Assembly (NCBI GenBank): GCA_050013595.1
Contig: JBEKEY010000004.1
Location: forward strand, 1 to 61,464
From: Thermoplasmata archaeon
GTDB taxonomy: Archaea > Thermoplasmatota > Thermoplasmata > Lutacidiplasmatales > UBA184
Reading direction: 5' to 3'
Length of the DNA: 61,464 nt
In this document: piece after piece, positions 28,408 through 37,784 of the stretch
How the letters are laid out: every line of letters starts with the position of its first letter
Position numbering within the stretch: the stretch's first letter is position 1
Position numbers and translations under genes: made by a program
The notes under the pieces: generated by a model
Told to the model about the DNA's origin: nothing
The model's input: only the letters and a program-made list of their open reading frames with translations
Database searches by the model: none

Positions 28408-28536
28408 CCCGGACGGGACGACGAATCCGGGTCGTAGGCAACAGTCCCCTAAGAGCCTCCCTCCCCCGCGCCGGAGGTCCGACCGTTTCCGTACCTCTCG
28501 GCCCGCGTTAAATACGGTCGGACGGTCGTTCCGGCC

Positions 28537-29259
28537 GTGACGGGTTCTCGACGGTTGCTCGATCTCGACTCTCGTTCGTTCGAGCGCCGGCTCGCCTCGA
28601 ACCCGGTCGTCATCGTGCCGGTCGGTGCCCTCGAAGCGCACGGCCCGCACCTGCCGCTCGGCGCCGACCAGATCCAGGCGGAGGTGACCGCGCTCGCTCT
28701 CGCGGAGCGCGTCGACGCGCTGGTCGCTCCCACGATCCCGTACGGCTCGGCGCCCGGCGCTCGTCGGTTTCCCGGCACGGTCTCGCTCTCCATGGCGCAG
28801 CTCGAGGGATACGTCGAGGGAGCCCTCGGCGAGCTCGCGCGTTCGGGGGTCCGTCGCCTCCTCGTCCTCTCCGGACACGGCGAGCGCGGTCACATGGCTG
28901 CGCTTCGGGAGGCCGGCGACCACACGATGCAGGCCCACTCCGGTACGCGAGTGGTCGTGCTCTGCGACTACGATTTCGTCTACGAGCTGCGGGGAAAGGA
29001 TTCCCCGGCCAACGACGGTCACGCCGGACTCCTCGAGACCTCTCGGGTGCTCGCGCTCGCTCCCGAGGCAGTCGGCTCCGCCCGCCCGGTGGTGGAATAC
29101 CGGCATAGCCCGTTCGTTCCGGGAAGTCCGACCGAGAAGGATTGGCCCGAGAGCGTGATCGGGGACACTCGGAACGCTTCCGCCGAGCTCGGCGCTCGTG
29201 TGCAGGCCCACGTGCTCGACCGTCTGGTCGAGACGGTCCGTGCTCTCTTGCCGCCGTAG
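28537..29259 (+). CDS. Creatininase/amidohydrolase family protein
   Basis: [33 protein letters not shown]. Confidence 0.88.
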   Translation: MTGSRRLLDLDSRSFERRLASNPVVIVPVGALEAHGPHLPLGADQIQAEVTALALAERVDALVAPTIPYGSAPGARRFPGTVSLSMAQLEGYVEGALGELARSGVRRLLVLSGHGERGHMAALREAGDHTMQAHSGTRVVVLCDYDFVYELRGKDSPANDGHAGLLETSRVLALAPEAVGSARPVVEYRHSPFVPGSPTEKDWPESVIGDTRNASAELGARVQAHVLDRLVETVRALLPP

Positions 29260-29268
29260 GTCGTAGGC

Positions 29269-32112
29269 ATGGCCGATCCATCCGACACCATCCGGGTCCG
29301 CGGCGCGCGCCAACACAACCTGAAAAACGTCTCGATCGACCTCCCCCGCGGGAAGTTCATCGTGATCACCGGCGTGAGCGGTTCGGGGAAGTCGTCGCTC
29401 GCCTTCGACACGCTCTACGCCGAGGGTCAGCGCCGGTACATCGAGAGTCTCTCTTCCTATGCCCGCCAGTTCCTCGGCCAGATGGACAAGCCCGACGTCG
29501 ACTCGATCGACGGTCTGGCCCCGGCGATCGCGATCGAACAGAGGGCCGGCAGCAAGAACCCACGCTCGACCGTCGGCACGGTCACCGAGATCCACGATTA
29601 CCTGCGGCTGCTCTTCGCCCGCATCGGGGTCCCGCACTGCCCGAAGGACGGCGAGGAGATCTCCCCGCAATCGGTGGACCGCATCGTGGAGGCCGTGAAG
29701 GCCCAGTCAATGGGAGAGAAGATCGAACTCCTCGCCCCGGTCCTTCGGGCGAAGAAGGGCGAACACCGCGAGGTCGTCGAAAAGCTGCGCAAGGCCGGTT
29801 ATCGGCGATTCGTGATCGACGGGGTGGAGGTCCGGCTTCCCGGCACCGAGCTCCGGCTCGAGAAGAACAAGAAACACACGATCGAGGTCGTCGTGGACAG
29901 TTTCGAGGTCTCGCCCGACGAGGAGAGCCGGCTCGCCGAGTCGGTCGAGCTGACCCGGAGCCTCGGCGACGGGCTCGTGATCCTTCGGCGTCCGGGCGGT
30001 AAGCGGCAGACGTTCTCGAGCCGACGAGCGTGTCCGGTCTGCGGTTTCTCGATGGACGAGCTCGCCCCCCGGATGTTCTCGTTCAACAACCCGTTCGGGG
30101 CCTGTCCTGAATGTCTCGGCATCGGTGCGACGCTGCACGCCGTCCCCGAACGTATCGTCCCGGACCTGGAGAAGTCCCTCGGCAAGGCGATCAACGTCTG
30201 GGGACTCACGCCCGCGCAATCTTCGCTCGTCAAATTCGGGCAGCTCTTCGGCTACGACCCGAAGCGCCCCGTGCGCGAGCTTTCCGTCGAGGGCTGGAAG
30301 GCCCTCATGTACGGCGTCGACAAGAGCCTCGGCCATTCGACGCACCGCCCCGAGGAATGGTGGATCAACGGGTGGCTCCGCGAGGGCCTGGTCGCCGCCC
30401 TCGAACGTCGATGGAAGTCGACGAAGAGCGAGAGCGCGAAGGAGTACTATCTGGGTTTCATGTCGTTCATTCCCTGTCGGGCGTGCGAGGGCCGCCGGCT
30501 GAAGCCTGAGAGCCTCGCCGTCACCGTCCAGGGAAAGTCGATCGCGGACGTCACCGCGATGTCGGTCCTCGAATCGGTCGCGATGTTCCGGTCGCTCGTG
30601 CTCTCCGACCGCGACGAGAAGATCGTCGGCCAGGTGGCGCGCGAGATCCGGGCCCGTCTCGGCTTCCTCGAAAACGTGGGGCTCACGTACCTCACGCTCG
30701 ACCGGGCCTCCGGTACGCTCTCGGGCGGTGAGGCGGAGAGGATCGCCCTCGCGACGCAGATCGGCTCCGGGCTCGTCGGCGTGCTCTACATCCTGGACGA
30801 ACCCTCGATCGGGCTCCATCCGAGGGACCAGGCGCGCCTCCTCTCCACGTTGAAGACCCTGCGCGACCTCGGCAACACGCTCCTCGTGGTCGAACACGAC
30901 GAGATGACGATGCGCGAGTCGGACTGGCTTGTCGACCTCGGACCGGGCGCGGGCGCGCTCGGAGGCGAGCTGCTCTACTCCGGCCCTCCCGACCAGATCG
31001 CCGGAACACCGCGGTCGCTGACCGCCGCCTTCCTCTCGGGGACCCGGTCGATCCCGACGCCCAACCGTCGCCTCACGCCCGGCGGCCGGGTGCTCTCGAT
31101 CCACGGTCCTCGGGAGCACAACTTGAAGGGGGACGAGGTCCGGATCCCGCTCGGCCTGCTGGTCGGCCTCTCCGGGGTCTCGGGGAGCGGGAAGTCCACG
31201 ATCCTTCAGGAGATCCTCTACCGCGCCGTCCGCCGGCACCTCGGTCTCGGCCGCGACACCCCCGGCCGCCACGATTTCATCGAAGGGATCGACGAGATCG
31301 ACCGGGTCCTCCTCATCGACCAGGCCCCGATCGGACGGACCCCCCGGTCGAACCCGGCCACGTACACCGGCATGATGACCCCCATTCGAGAGCTGTTCGC
31401 CGGGCTTCCCGAAGCGAAGGCGCGAGGGTTCGCCCCCGGTCGTTTCAGCTTCAACGTCGCGGGGGGCCGCTGCGAGACCTGCGAGGGGGACGGCGTGATC
31501 CGCTACGAGATGCACTTCCTGCCCGACGTCTACGTCGTCTGCGAGGAATGCCGCGGGCGGAGGTTCAACGCGGAGACCCTCGAGGTGAAGTTCAAGGGAA
31601 AGACGATCGCGGATGTCCTCGATACGTCGGTGAGCGAGGCACTCACGTTCTTCGCCCATCACCGACGCATCGCGTCGCGGCTCCAGCTCCTCGTGGACGT
31701 CGGGCTCGGTTACATCCGGCTCGGGCAGAGCGCGACGACGCTCTCCGGCGGCGAGGCCCAACGGATCAAGATCGCCTACGAGCTCGCGAAACCACCGACC
31801 GGAAAGACCCTCTACCTTCTCGACGAACCGACGACCGGTCTCCATTTCGCTGACGTGGACCGGCTCCTGCAGGTGCTGTTCCGTTTGCGCTCCGGCGGGA
31901 ATACCGTGGTCGTCATCGAGCACAACGTGGACGTGCTCAAGTCGGCCGACTGGCTGATCGACCTCGGACCCGAGGGCGGGAACGCGGGCGGACACGTCGT
32001 CGCCCAGGGTCCCCCCGAGGAGATCGCGCGCGTTCCGGCTTCGCATACCGGCCGCTTCCTGCTCCCGCATCTTCCGGCACCGGTCGCGGTCCCGCGGCGC
32101 GCCCGTCCATGA
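29269..32112 (+). CDS. uvrA: Excinuclease ABC subunit A
   Basis: GARQHNLKN, two GVSGSGKS Walker A motifs, LSGGEA, zinc fingers. Confidence 0.98.
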   Translation: MADPSDTIRVRGARQHNLKNVSIDLPRGKFIVITGVSGSGKSSLAFDTLYAEGQRRYIESLSSYARQFLGQMDKPDVDSIDGLAPAIAIEQRAGSKNPRSTVGTVTEIHDYLRLLFARIGVPHCPKDGEEISPQSVDRIVEAVKAQSMGEKIELLAPVLRAKKGEHREVVEKLRKAGYRRFVIDGVEVRLPGTELRLEKNKKHTIEVVVDSFEVSPDEESRLAESVELTRSLGDGLVILRRPGGKRQTFSSRRACPVCGFSMDELAPRMFSFNNPFGACPECLGIGATLHAVPERIVPDLEKSLGKAINVWGLTPAQSSLVKFGQLFGYDPKRPVRELSVEGWKALMYGVDKSLGHSTHRPEEWWINGWLREGLVAALERRWKSTKSESAKEYYLGFMSFIPCRACEGRRLKPESLAVTVQGKSIADVTAMSVLESVAMFRSLVLSDRDEKIVGQVAREIRARLGFLENVGLTYLTLDRASGTLSGGEAERIALATQIGSGLVGVLYILDEPSIGLHPRDQARLLSTLKTLRDLGNTLLVVEHDEMTMRESDWLVDLGPGAGALGGELLYSGPPDQIAGTPRSLTAAFLSGTRSIPTPNRRLTPGGRVLSIHGPREHNLKGDEVRIPLGLLVGLSGVSGSGKSTILQEILYRAVRRHLGLGRDTPGRHDFIEGIDEIDRVLLIDQAPIGRTPRSNPATYTGMMTPIRELFAGLPEAKARGFAPGRFSFNVAGGRCETCEGDGVIRYEMHFLPDVYVVCEECRGRRFNAETLEVKFKGKTIADVLDTSVSEALTFFAHHRRIASRLQLLVDVGLGYIRLGQSATTLSGGEAQRIKIAYELAKPPTGKTLYLLDEPTTGLHFADVDRLLQVLFRLRSGGNTVVVIEHNVDVLKSADWLIDLGPEGGNAGGHVVAQGPPEEIARVPASHTGRFLLPHLPAPVAVPRRARP

Positions 32113-33836
32113 GCGAGAACGGACGGGCCGAGCTCCCGTCCTTCGTGCCCGCGAGCCAGCTCGCGAGCGAATCCCACGAAGGGTTCCGGACCGGTCCCGA
32201 CGCTCCCGGGGTCTATCTCTTCAAGTCGGCCCGCGGCGAGGTGGTGTACGTCGGCAAGGCCCGCAGCCTGCGACGACGGGTCCTCGACCACCTGCGGGCC
32301 CGCATCGAGAAGGACGGCACGATCCTCGCGCAGAGCGCGAGCGTGGAGTTCGTCCCCACCTCTACCGAGCGCGAGGCGCTTCTCCTCGAGGCGAACCTCG
32401 TGAAGCAGTACCAGCCTCCGTACAACGTCCTCCTGAAGGACGACCGCAGCTACCCGTACCTCGCGGTCACGGTCGGCGACGACGTCCCGCGGATCGTGCT
32501 CGTGCGTCGACCGCGACGGCGCGCGGGCGTGCTCCTGTTCGGACCGTACACGAGCGCGCGCGAGGCACGGCTGGTCGAGAAGCTGCTCGGCGACCTCTTC
32601 CAGCTTCGTCGCTGCGTGCGACTGCCGAAGCAGGCATGCCTCTACTACCACCTCAAGGTCTGCAGCGCCCCCTGCATCGGTGCGATCAGCCGTGACGACT
32701 ACCGTGCGAGCATCGACCGAGCGACGAGCGTGCTCCGGGGTCAGGTCACGCTCGTGCGGCCGATGGTCGAGACGGAGATGCGGCGCGCCTCCGACCGCGA
32801 GGAGTTCGAACGCGCCGCGATGCTCCGGGACGCCCTCGCGGGCCTCGGCGCGCTCTCCGAACGGCAGTCGGTCATCGGCCCGGGGCGCGGACGCGCGGAC
32901 GTCCTCGCGCTCGCCTACCCGCACGACCCGTCGACGCTCCGCGTCGCGGTCGGACTGCTCCGTGTCGAGGACGGCGAGGTCCGACACACCGAGCCGCATC
33001 TCGTCACGATCCCGGCGGACGACGTCCCGGAGCCGGGCGAGGTCCTCCGCCAGTTCCTGACCCAGTACTACGGCGCGCAGTTCGAGCTTCCCGACCGCAT
33101 CTACGTCGCGGCGCCCCGGCCCGCGGGGATCGATGCGACGCTTGACGAACTGTTCGGTCCTCGGGGCGTGGAGGTGCACTTCCGCCCGACCGGTCGGTAC
33201 GCCGCGCTCGGCCGTCTCGCCGAGCGGCTCGCCCGCGCGACGGTCGACCAGGTCGTCGTGCGACCTGCACCGAGGGAGGTCCTGCTCGCGGTCCAAAGCC
33301 TTCTCGAGCTCCCGACGATTCCGAACCGGATCGAGGGCGTCGACATCTCGATCTTCCAGGGTTCGGAGGCGGTCGGGTCGCTCGTCGTCTTCGAGCGGGG
33401 TCTCGCGAAGAAGTCGGAGTACCGTCGCTACCGGATCCGCTCGGTGGAGGGCACCAACGATTTCGCGATGATCGCGGAGGTGGTCGGACGACGCTACGCC
33501 CGTCGCCTCGCGGAGAACGAGATCCTTCCGGATCTATTGCTCATCGATGGCGGGGCGGGACAGCTCTCCGCGGCCGAGTCCGCGCTCGAGTCGCTGGGCC
33601 TTGCGGACCGCGTCCCCGCAATCGGGCTCGCGAAGCGGGAAGAGGAAGTGTACCGGACCGACCGCTCGGAGCCGATGCATCCGAACCCGAACGCGGCGCC
33701 GATGCTGCTCCTTCGGGCGGTGAGGGACGAGGCGCACCGGTTCGCGGTCACCTACCACCGCACGCGACGTCGGATGCGGCTGCGCGGAGAGTTCGACGCG
33801 GCGTCCGCGAAGCGTCGGGTCGCACCGGGGTCCTAG
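32109..33836 (+). CDS. uvrC: Excinuclease ABC subunit C (lacking C-terminal HhH)
   Basis: GIY-YIG (PGVY...YVGKA), UVR domain EEFERAAMLRD, RNaseH-like DIS/LIDGG/RDEAHRFA. Confidence 0.95.
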   Translation: MSENGRAELPSFVPASQLASESHEGFRTGPDAPGVYLFKSARGEVVYVGKARSLRRRVLDHLRARIEKDGTILAQSASVEFVPTSTEREALLLEANLVKQYQPPYNVLLKDDRSYPYLAVTVGDDVPRIVLVRRPRRRAGVLLFGPYTSAREARLVEKLLGDLFQLRRCVRLPKQACLYYHLKVCSAPCIGAISRDDYRASIDRATSVLRGQVTLVRPMVETEMRRASDREEFERAAMLRDALAGLGALSERQSVIGPGRGRADVLALAYPHDPSTLRVAVGLLRVEDGEVRHTEPHLVTIPADDVPEPGEVLRQFLTQYYGAQFELPDRIYVAAPRPAGIDATLDELFGPRGVEVHFRPTGRYAALGRLAERLARATVDQVVVRPAPREVLLAVQSLLELPTIPNRIEGVDISIFQGSEAVGSLVVFERGLAKKSEYRRYRIRSVEGTNDFAMIAEVVGRRYARRLAENEILPDLLLIDGGAGQLSAAESALESLGLADRVPAIGLAKREEEVYRTDRSEPMHPNPNAAPMLLLRAVRDEAHRFAVTYHRTRRRMRLRGEFDAASAKRRVAPGS

Positions 33837-34375
33837 GTCCGTCGGCGACGTGGTGCCGCGCGCCGGCGCGTGTCGATCCACGTCATCTCGGGGGGTTTCG
33901 TGTCGTCCTGCCAGAGCGCTCCGATGATCTCTCCGAGGTGGTGCGCCTCCTCCACCGTCGTCTGGAAAAGGGCGTCCCGTACGGTGTAGCGACCCGGCAT
34001 CCAGAACGCCTTCAGCGGTCGGCCCAGCATGCGCGGAGTCAGTTCTCGCAGCGTGACGTCGACACCCGCCCAGACGCGGACCGAGTACTGATCGAAACCG
34101 TTCCACGTCGTGGGGTGACGACGCACGTCGTCAAAGAGCGGTTCGAGCACCTTGTCGGAGTTGCGCCCGTGGACGATGTAGACCAGCCAGACCTCGTGGA
34201 CGTTGAGGATGTGCACGAGGGTGTTGAACAGCGATTCGTGCCCGATGCCGCGCTTGCGCATGGCCTCCTTGAGCGGGAGGTTTCGAACGCGGCGCACGAA
34301 ACGGTCGAAGACCGCACGATTGTAGTCGAAGATCGCGCGAGCGTCCCGCGGGGAGATACTGAGCTGGTCGGGCAT
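33833..34375 (-). CDS. DinB/YfiT family protein
   Basis: FDYN, SLFNTLVHI...E..W, EEAHHLGEI. Confidence 0.85.
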   Translation of the reverse strand: MPDQLSISPRDARAIFDYNRAVFDRFVRRVRNLPLKEAMRKRGIGHESLFNTLVHILNVHEVWLVYIVHGRNSDKVLEPLFDDVRRHPTTWNGFDQYSVRVWAGVDVTLRELTPRMLGRPLKAFWMPGRYTVRDALFQTTVEEAHHLGEIIGALWQDDTKPPEMTWIDTRRRAAPRRRRT

Positions 34376-34435
34376 GGACCGCCCAGCGCACGCGCGCCCT
34401 TAGAGGCTTTCGAGGCCGGAAGGTCCGCTTCCCGA

Positions 34436-35188
34436 TTATCGCGAGTTGGCCCGGCGCTCGGGAGCGCCGATGAACGACATACCCTGCACGCGACGGGCAA
34501 CCTCGGTCACCGCAAGGCGCCGGAGCTCGGTTTCCGGCTCGAGGATCGCGACGTCGAGGGCTTCGGGCTGGAACGGGGTCGGAGACCCCTCCGCCACCGC
34601 TTGGACCGCGAGCTTGAACCCCGATTCCTCCGTGAGGTGGTCGGGAAGCTTCTCTTCGAGGAAGTCGGCGACCGCGCGACGATTGCGGCCGATCGCATAC
34701 GCCTTCCAACCGATCGTCGCGCCGCTCGGGTCGAGCTCCACGAGACCGGGGGCTTTCCCGTCAAAGCCGCCGAGCAGCAGCGAGACCGCGAAGGGTCGCG
34801 TGCCCCCGAACTGGGTGTACTGCTGGAGCAGCGTGCCGAGCGCGTGGCCGAGCAGCGTGAACGGCGGAGGCTCCCCGTAGGTCAAGCGGTGGCGCTGCGC
34901 CTCGACCCGGAGGAATTCGACCAGCACGCGAGAGTCGGCGATCAGGCCGGCGGTGACGCATCCGAGCCCCTGGTCGATGGCGAAGCTCTTCTCGATCGAC
35001 CCGGCCTCAGCGAGGGCGCTGACGGGAAGGTTGCGGAACGCGACGAAAACGATGCCGGTGTCGTAGGTCACCGCGACCGCGGTACCTCCCATCTGAATCG
35101 CCTGAAGCGCATACTCGACCTGGAACAGTCGCCCGTCCGGCGAGAATACCGTGCTGGCCCGGTCGTACGCCATCTGGCCCGGTTGCAT
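34436..35188 (-). CDS. psmA: Proteasome alpha subunit
   Basis: MAYDRASTVFSPDGRLFQVEYA, GLIADSRVL, YTQFGGTRPF, DPSG. Confidence 0.95.
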   Translation of the reverse strand: MQPGQMAYDRASTVFSPDGRLFQVEYALQAIQMGGTAVAVTYDTGIVFVAFRNLPVSALAEAGSIEKSFAIDQGLGCVTAGLIADSRVLVEFLRVEAQRHRLTYGEPPPFTLLGHALGTLLQQYTQFGGTRPFAVSLLLGGFDGKAPGLVELDPSGATIGWKAYAIGRNRRAVADFLEEKLPDHLTEESGFKLAVQAVAEGSPTPFQPEALDVAILEPETELRRLAVTEVARRVQGMSFIGAPERRANSR

Positions 35189-35387
35189 TTCCATCGGTAC
35201 CGTTCCTCCGTGAGTAGGGCCGCTCAATCGGGTGGGGGATTTGAGCCTACGCCTCCGCCCTCCCTCCGTCCCACTTGGTGGCGCGGGGCCACCACGGGAA
35301 CCGAGCGTCGCTGGTCCTGCGGACCGCACCAGAGGCCTCCGGGCGTGGGGGGAACGCTTATCGTTCCTAGCCCAGCTTCGCCCTTCG

Positions 35388-36527
35388 ATGGACCCGAACC
35401 GTCTCCACCTTCTCCCGATGGCCTCGAGCCACCGCGGAGCGCTTTCCCCGGCGTGCACCCAATGCGCGGAAGGTCGCAAGATGGTGCTCTTCGTCTCGGG
35501 TCTCTGCCGGTTCCGGTGCTTCTACTGCCCCGTCTCCCCGACCCGCAACCAGCTCGACGTGGTGTACGCGAACGAGCGGCGCGTCCGCTCGGATGCCGAC
35601 GTCCTCGACGAGGCGCGCTCAATCGGTGCGGCGGGTACGGGGATTACGGGCGGGGACCCGCTCGGCGTCGTCGACCGGGTCGAGCACTACGTTCGGCTCC
35701 TGAAGCAGGAGTTCGGTCCCGAGCACAATATCCACCTCTACACGCACGAGCCCAACCCCGAGAAGCTCGAGCGGCTCGCCCGGGCCGGCCTCGACGAGTT
35801 CCGCCTGCACATTCCGCACTACCTGTGGGGTCCGCTCGCGAGCGACGGAGGAGCGTACCGCGCCGTCCTCGAGGCCGCCCCGGATTGGGGGATCCGCCGC
35901 GGCGTGGAGATCCCCGTGCTCCCCGAGAAGGAGGCGGAGCTCCGACGCCTCCTGCAAGCCCTCGAGGGCATCGGCGTCGATTTCGTCAACCTGAACGAGC
36001 TCGAGTTCTCGGAGACCAACGAGGTCAAAATGCGGGAGCGGGGCTACCGCGTCGACCCGCGCAACGGCTGGGGGGTTCGCGGCAGCCGGGCGGTGGCCGA
36101 GCGGGTCGTGCGGGAACTCTCCCTCTCCGTACCTGTACACTACTGTTCTTCCCGATTCAAGGACGGCGTCCAGCTCCGGCAGCGTCTGCTTCGGCAGGCG
36201 GAGCGAACGGCTCCTGGCTTCGCGCCTCGCACCGAGGACGGAACCGTGGTCCTCGGCGTGGTCGAGGCCGTGGGTGACATCGACCTCGACCGCTGGTCGC
36301 TTCGGGTCGCCCATCGGCTGGGGGCCGGTCCGGGCGATTATCGCTTCGACGCGGAGCGACGTCGCGTGGAGGTCTCTCCCTTCGCCTTGCGACGCGCCGC
36401 GCGCCGCTTGCCTTGGCCGGCCTTCGAAGTGGAAGTGTATCCGACCGCGGACGCGCTCGAAGTGGAACGAACCCCGCTCAACGGAGCGGCGCGCTCGAAG
36501 GCCGACGTGGCCCTGGGCGGTACGTAA
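35388..36527 (+). CDS. Uncharacterised archaeal radical SAM protein (COG2108-like)
   Basis: CxxC, then CRFRCFYC, GITGGDPL, NLNELEFSETN, HYCS..FKD. Confidence 0.85.
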   Translation: MDPNRLHLLPMASSHRGALSPACTQCAEGRKMVLFVSGLCRFRCFYCPVSPTRNQLDVVYANERRVRSDADVLDEARSIGAAGTGITGGDPLGVVDRVEHYVRLLKQEFGPEHNIHLYTHEPNPEKLERLARAGLDEFRLHIPHYLWGPLASDGGAYRAVLEAAPDWGIRRGVEIPVLPEKEAELRRLLQALEGIGVDFVNLNELEFSETNEVKMRERGYRVDPRNGWGVRGSRAVAERVVRELSLSVPVHYCSSRFKDGVQLRQRLLRQAERTAPGFAPRTEDGTVVLGVVEAVGDIDLDRWSLRVAHRLGAGPGDYRFDAERRRVEVSPFALRRAARRLPWPAFEVEVYPTADALEVERTPLNGAARSKADVALGGT

Positions 36528-36700
36528 CCTTCGTCGCACGCGTGCCCGCCCCACGTCAGGTACCGCTCATCCCCTCGACGGTTCTTGATCGAGCACGGTC
36601 CCCAGCCGTCGTCCTCCGCCCCGTACCACATGGGGCAGTCGCGACATCGCAGCGGGACGATCGCGAGCGCGCGCGTCTTCCGAGGCGACCGCGGACTCAC
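36338..36700 (-). CDS. Small Cys-rich hypothetical protein coupled to folD
   Basis: GTGA overlap with the folD stop; CRDCPMWYG...GPCSIK...HACDE. Confidence 0.55.
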   Translation of the reverse strand: MSPRSPRKTRALAIVPLRCRDCPMWYGAEDDGWGPCSIKNRRGDERYLTWGGHACDEGYVPPRATSAFERAAPLSGVRSTSSASAVGYTSTSKAGQGKRRAARRKAKGETSTRRRSASKR

Positions 36701-37587
36701 CGCGACCCCTCCGTCCTCAGGATCCGTTGAGCCTCGAGCGTGCTCGCCATCAGCCGCGCCACCGTGACCGGGCCGACGCCCCCCGGGACCGGCGTCACCC
36801 CGCCCGCCCAGCCGTCGAGGCTCTCGAAATCGGCGTCGCCTACCGTCTTCGAGCTCCCCGGCTTCGCCGGGTCCGGAACGCTCGAGACTCCGACGTCCAC
36901 CACGAACGACCCCTCCGGGACGACCTCCCGGGTCAAGAGCCCCTGCCGACCCACGCACGAGAAGATGGTACGCGCCGACGCGAGGGCTCCCTTCAGGTCC
37001 CGGCTCTTCGAGTGGACCACCGTGACCGTCGCGTTGAGGCCGATCCCCTTCCCGGCCAAGAGGAGAGCGAGGGGGAGGCCGACCGTCTCCGAACGTCCCA
37101 GGACCACGACCCGCTCTCCCTCGATCGGAAGCTGGTAGTGCCGGGCGATCTGGACGGCGGCAAGCGCGACCGCCGGCACCTGGACGGGCGTTTGGGCCAC
37201 CAGGCGGCCGAGGTTCGCTGTACCCACGCCGTCCACGTCCTTCGCGGGCCGAAGGGTCGCGACCGCCCGGTAGAAGTCGAACGGGGGCGGCAGAGGATGC
37301 TCGAGCAGGACCGCATGGACCTTCGGGTCGCGGTCGAGAGCAATCAGACGGTCGATGAGCTCCCGCGGCCCGTCTCCGGGGCGGAGCGCTTCGTCTAGGA
37401 AGGAGATCCCGAGCGCGGCCGCGGCCTTCGCTTGACGTTTCAAGTAGAAGCGGAAGGGACTGTCCACCCCCCGATGCACGCTCGCGAGGCACGGAGGCGA
37501 CCCACCGGGAGGGAGGGCCCGGATAGCGGCCCGGGTTCCCTCGTCGATCCGCTCCGCGACGGGCTTTCCCTCGAGACGAACGGTCAT
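36697..37587 (-). CDS. folD: Methylenetetrahydrofolate dehydrogenase/cyclohydrolase
   Basis: LEGKPVA, KDVDG, VVLGRSETVG.P, NATVT, TPVPGGVGPVT. Confidence 0.95.
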   Translation of the reverse strand: MTVRLEGKPVAERIDEGTRAAIRALPPGGSPPCLASVHRGVDSPFRFYLKRQAKAAAALGISFLDEALRPGDGPRELIDRLIALDRDPKVHAVLLEHPLPPPFDFYRAVATLRPAKDVDGVGTANLGRLVAQTPVQVPAVALAAVQIARHYQLPIEGERVVVLGRSETVGLPLALLLAGKGIGLNATVTVVHSKSRDLKGALASARTIFSCVGRQGLLTREVVPEGSFVVDVGVSSVPDPAKPGSSKTVGDADFESLDGWAGGVTPVPGGVGPVTVARLMASTLEAQRILRTEGSR

Positions 37588-37784
37588 CGGCCCCTCCGCG
37601 CGGGGTCGAGCCCGGCGCGGTAGATAACGGCCGACCCTGCGGGGCGCGGCGTCGACCTCGGGGCGGTCAGCCTGTCACCGAAACCAGGGCACCCTGAATT
37701 TACCTGACCGAAGGGATTTATATGCACCCCCGCTTCGATTCATTGGCGGAACGGTTCCTGCCCATCAGGATCCGCGACGCCACC

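Noticed and set aside
28517-28523. Single GTCGGAC near the creatininase/uvrA promoter
   Set aside because: Unpaired, lacks the 5' pyrimidine of the consensus, and single matches are frequent by chance.
25833-37702. Identical CCCTGAATTTA upstream of topA (25833-25843) and lonB (37692-37702)
   Set aside because: Probably generic BRE/TATA-like sequence; not palindromic and at different distances from the starts.
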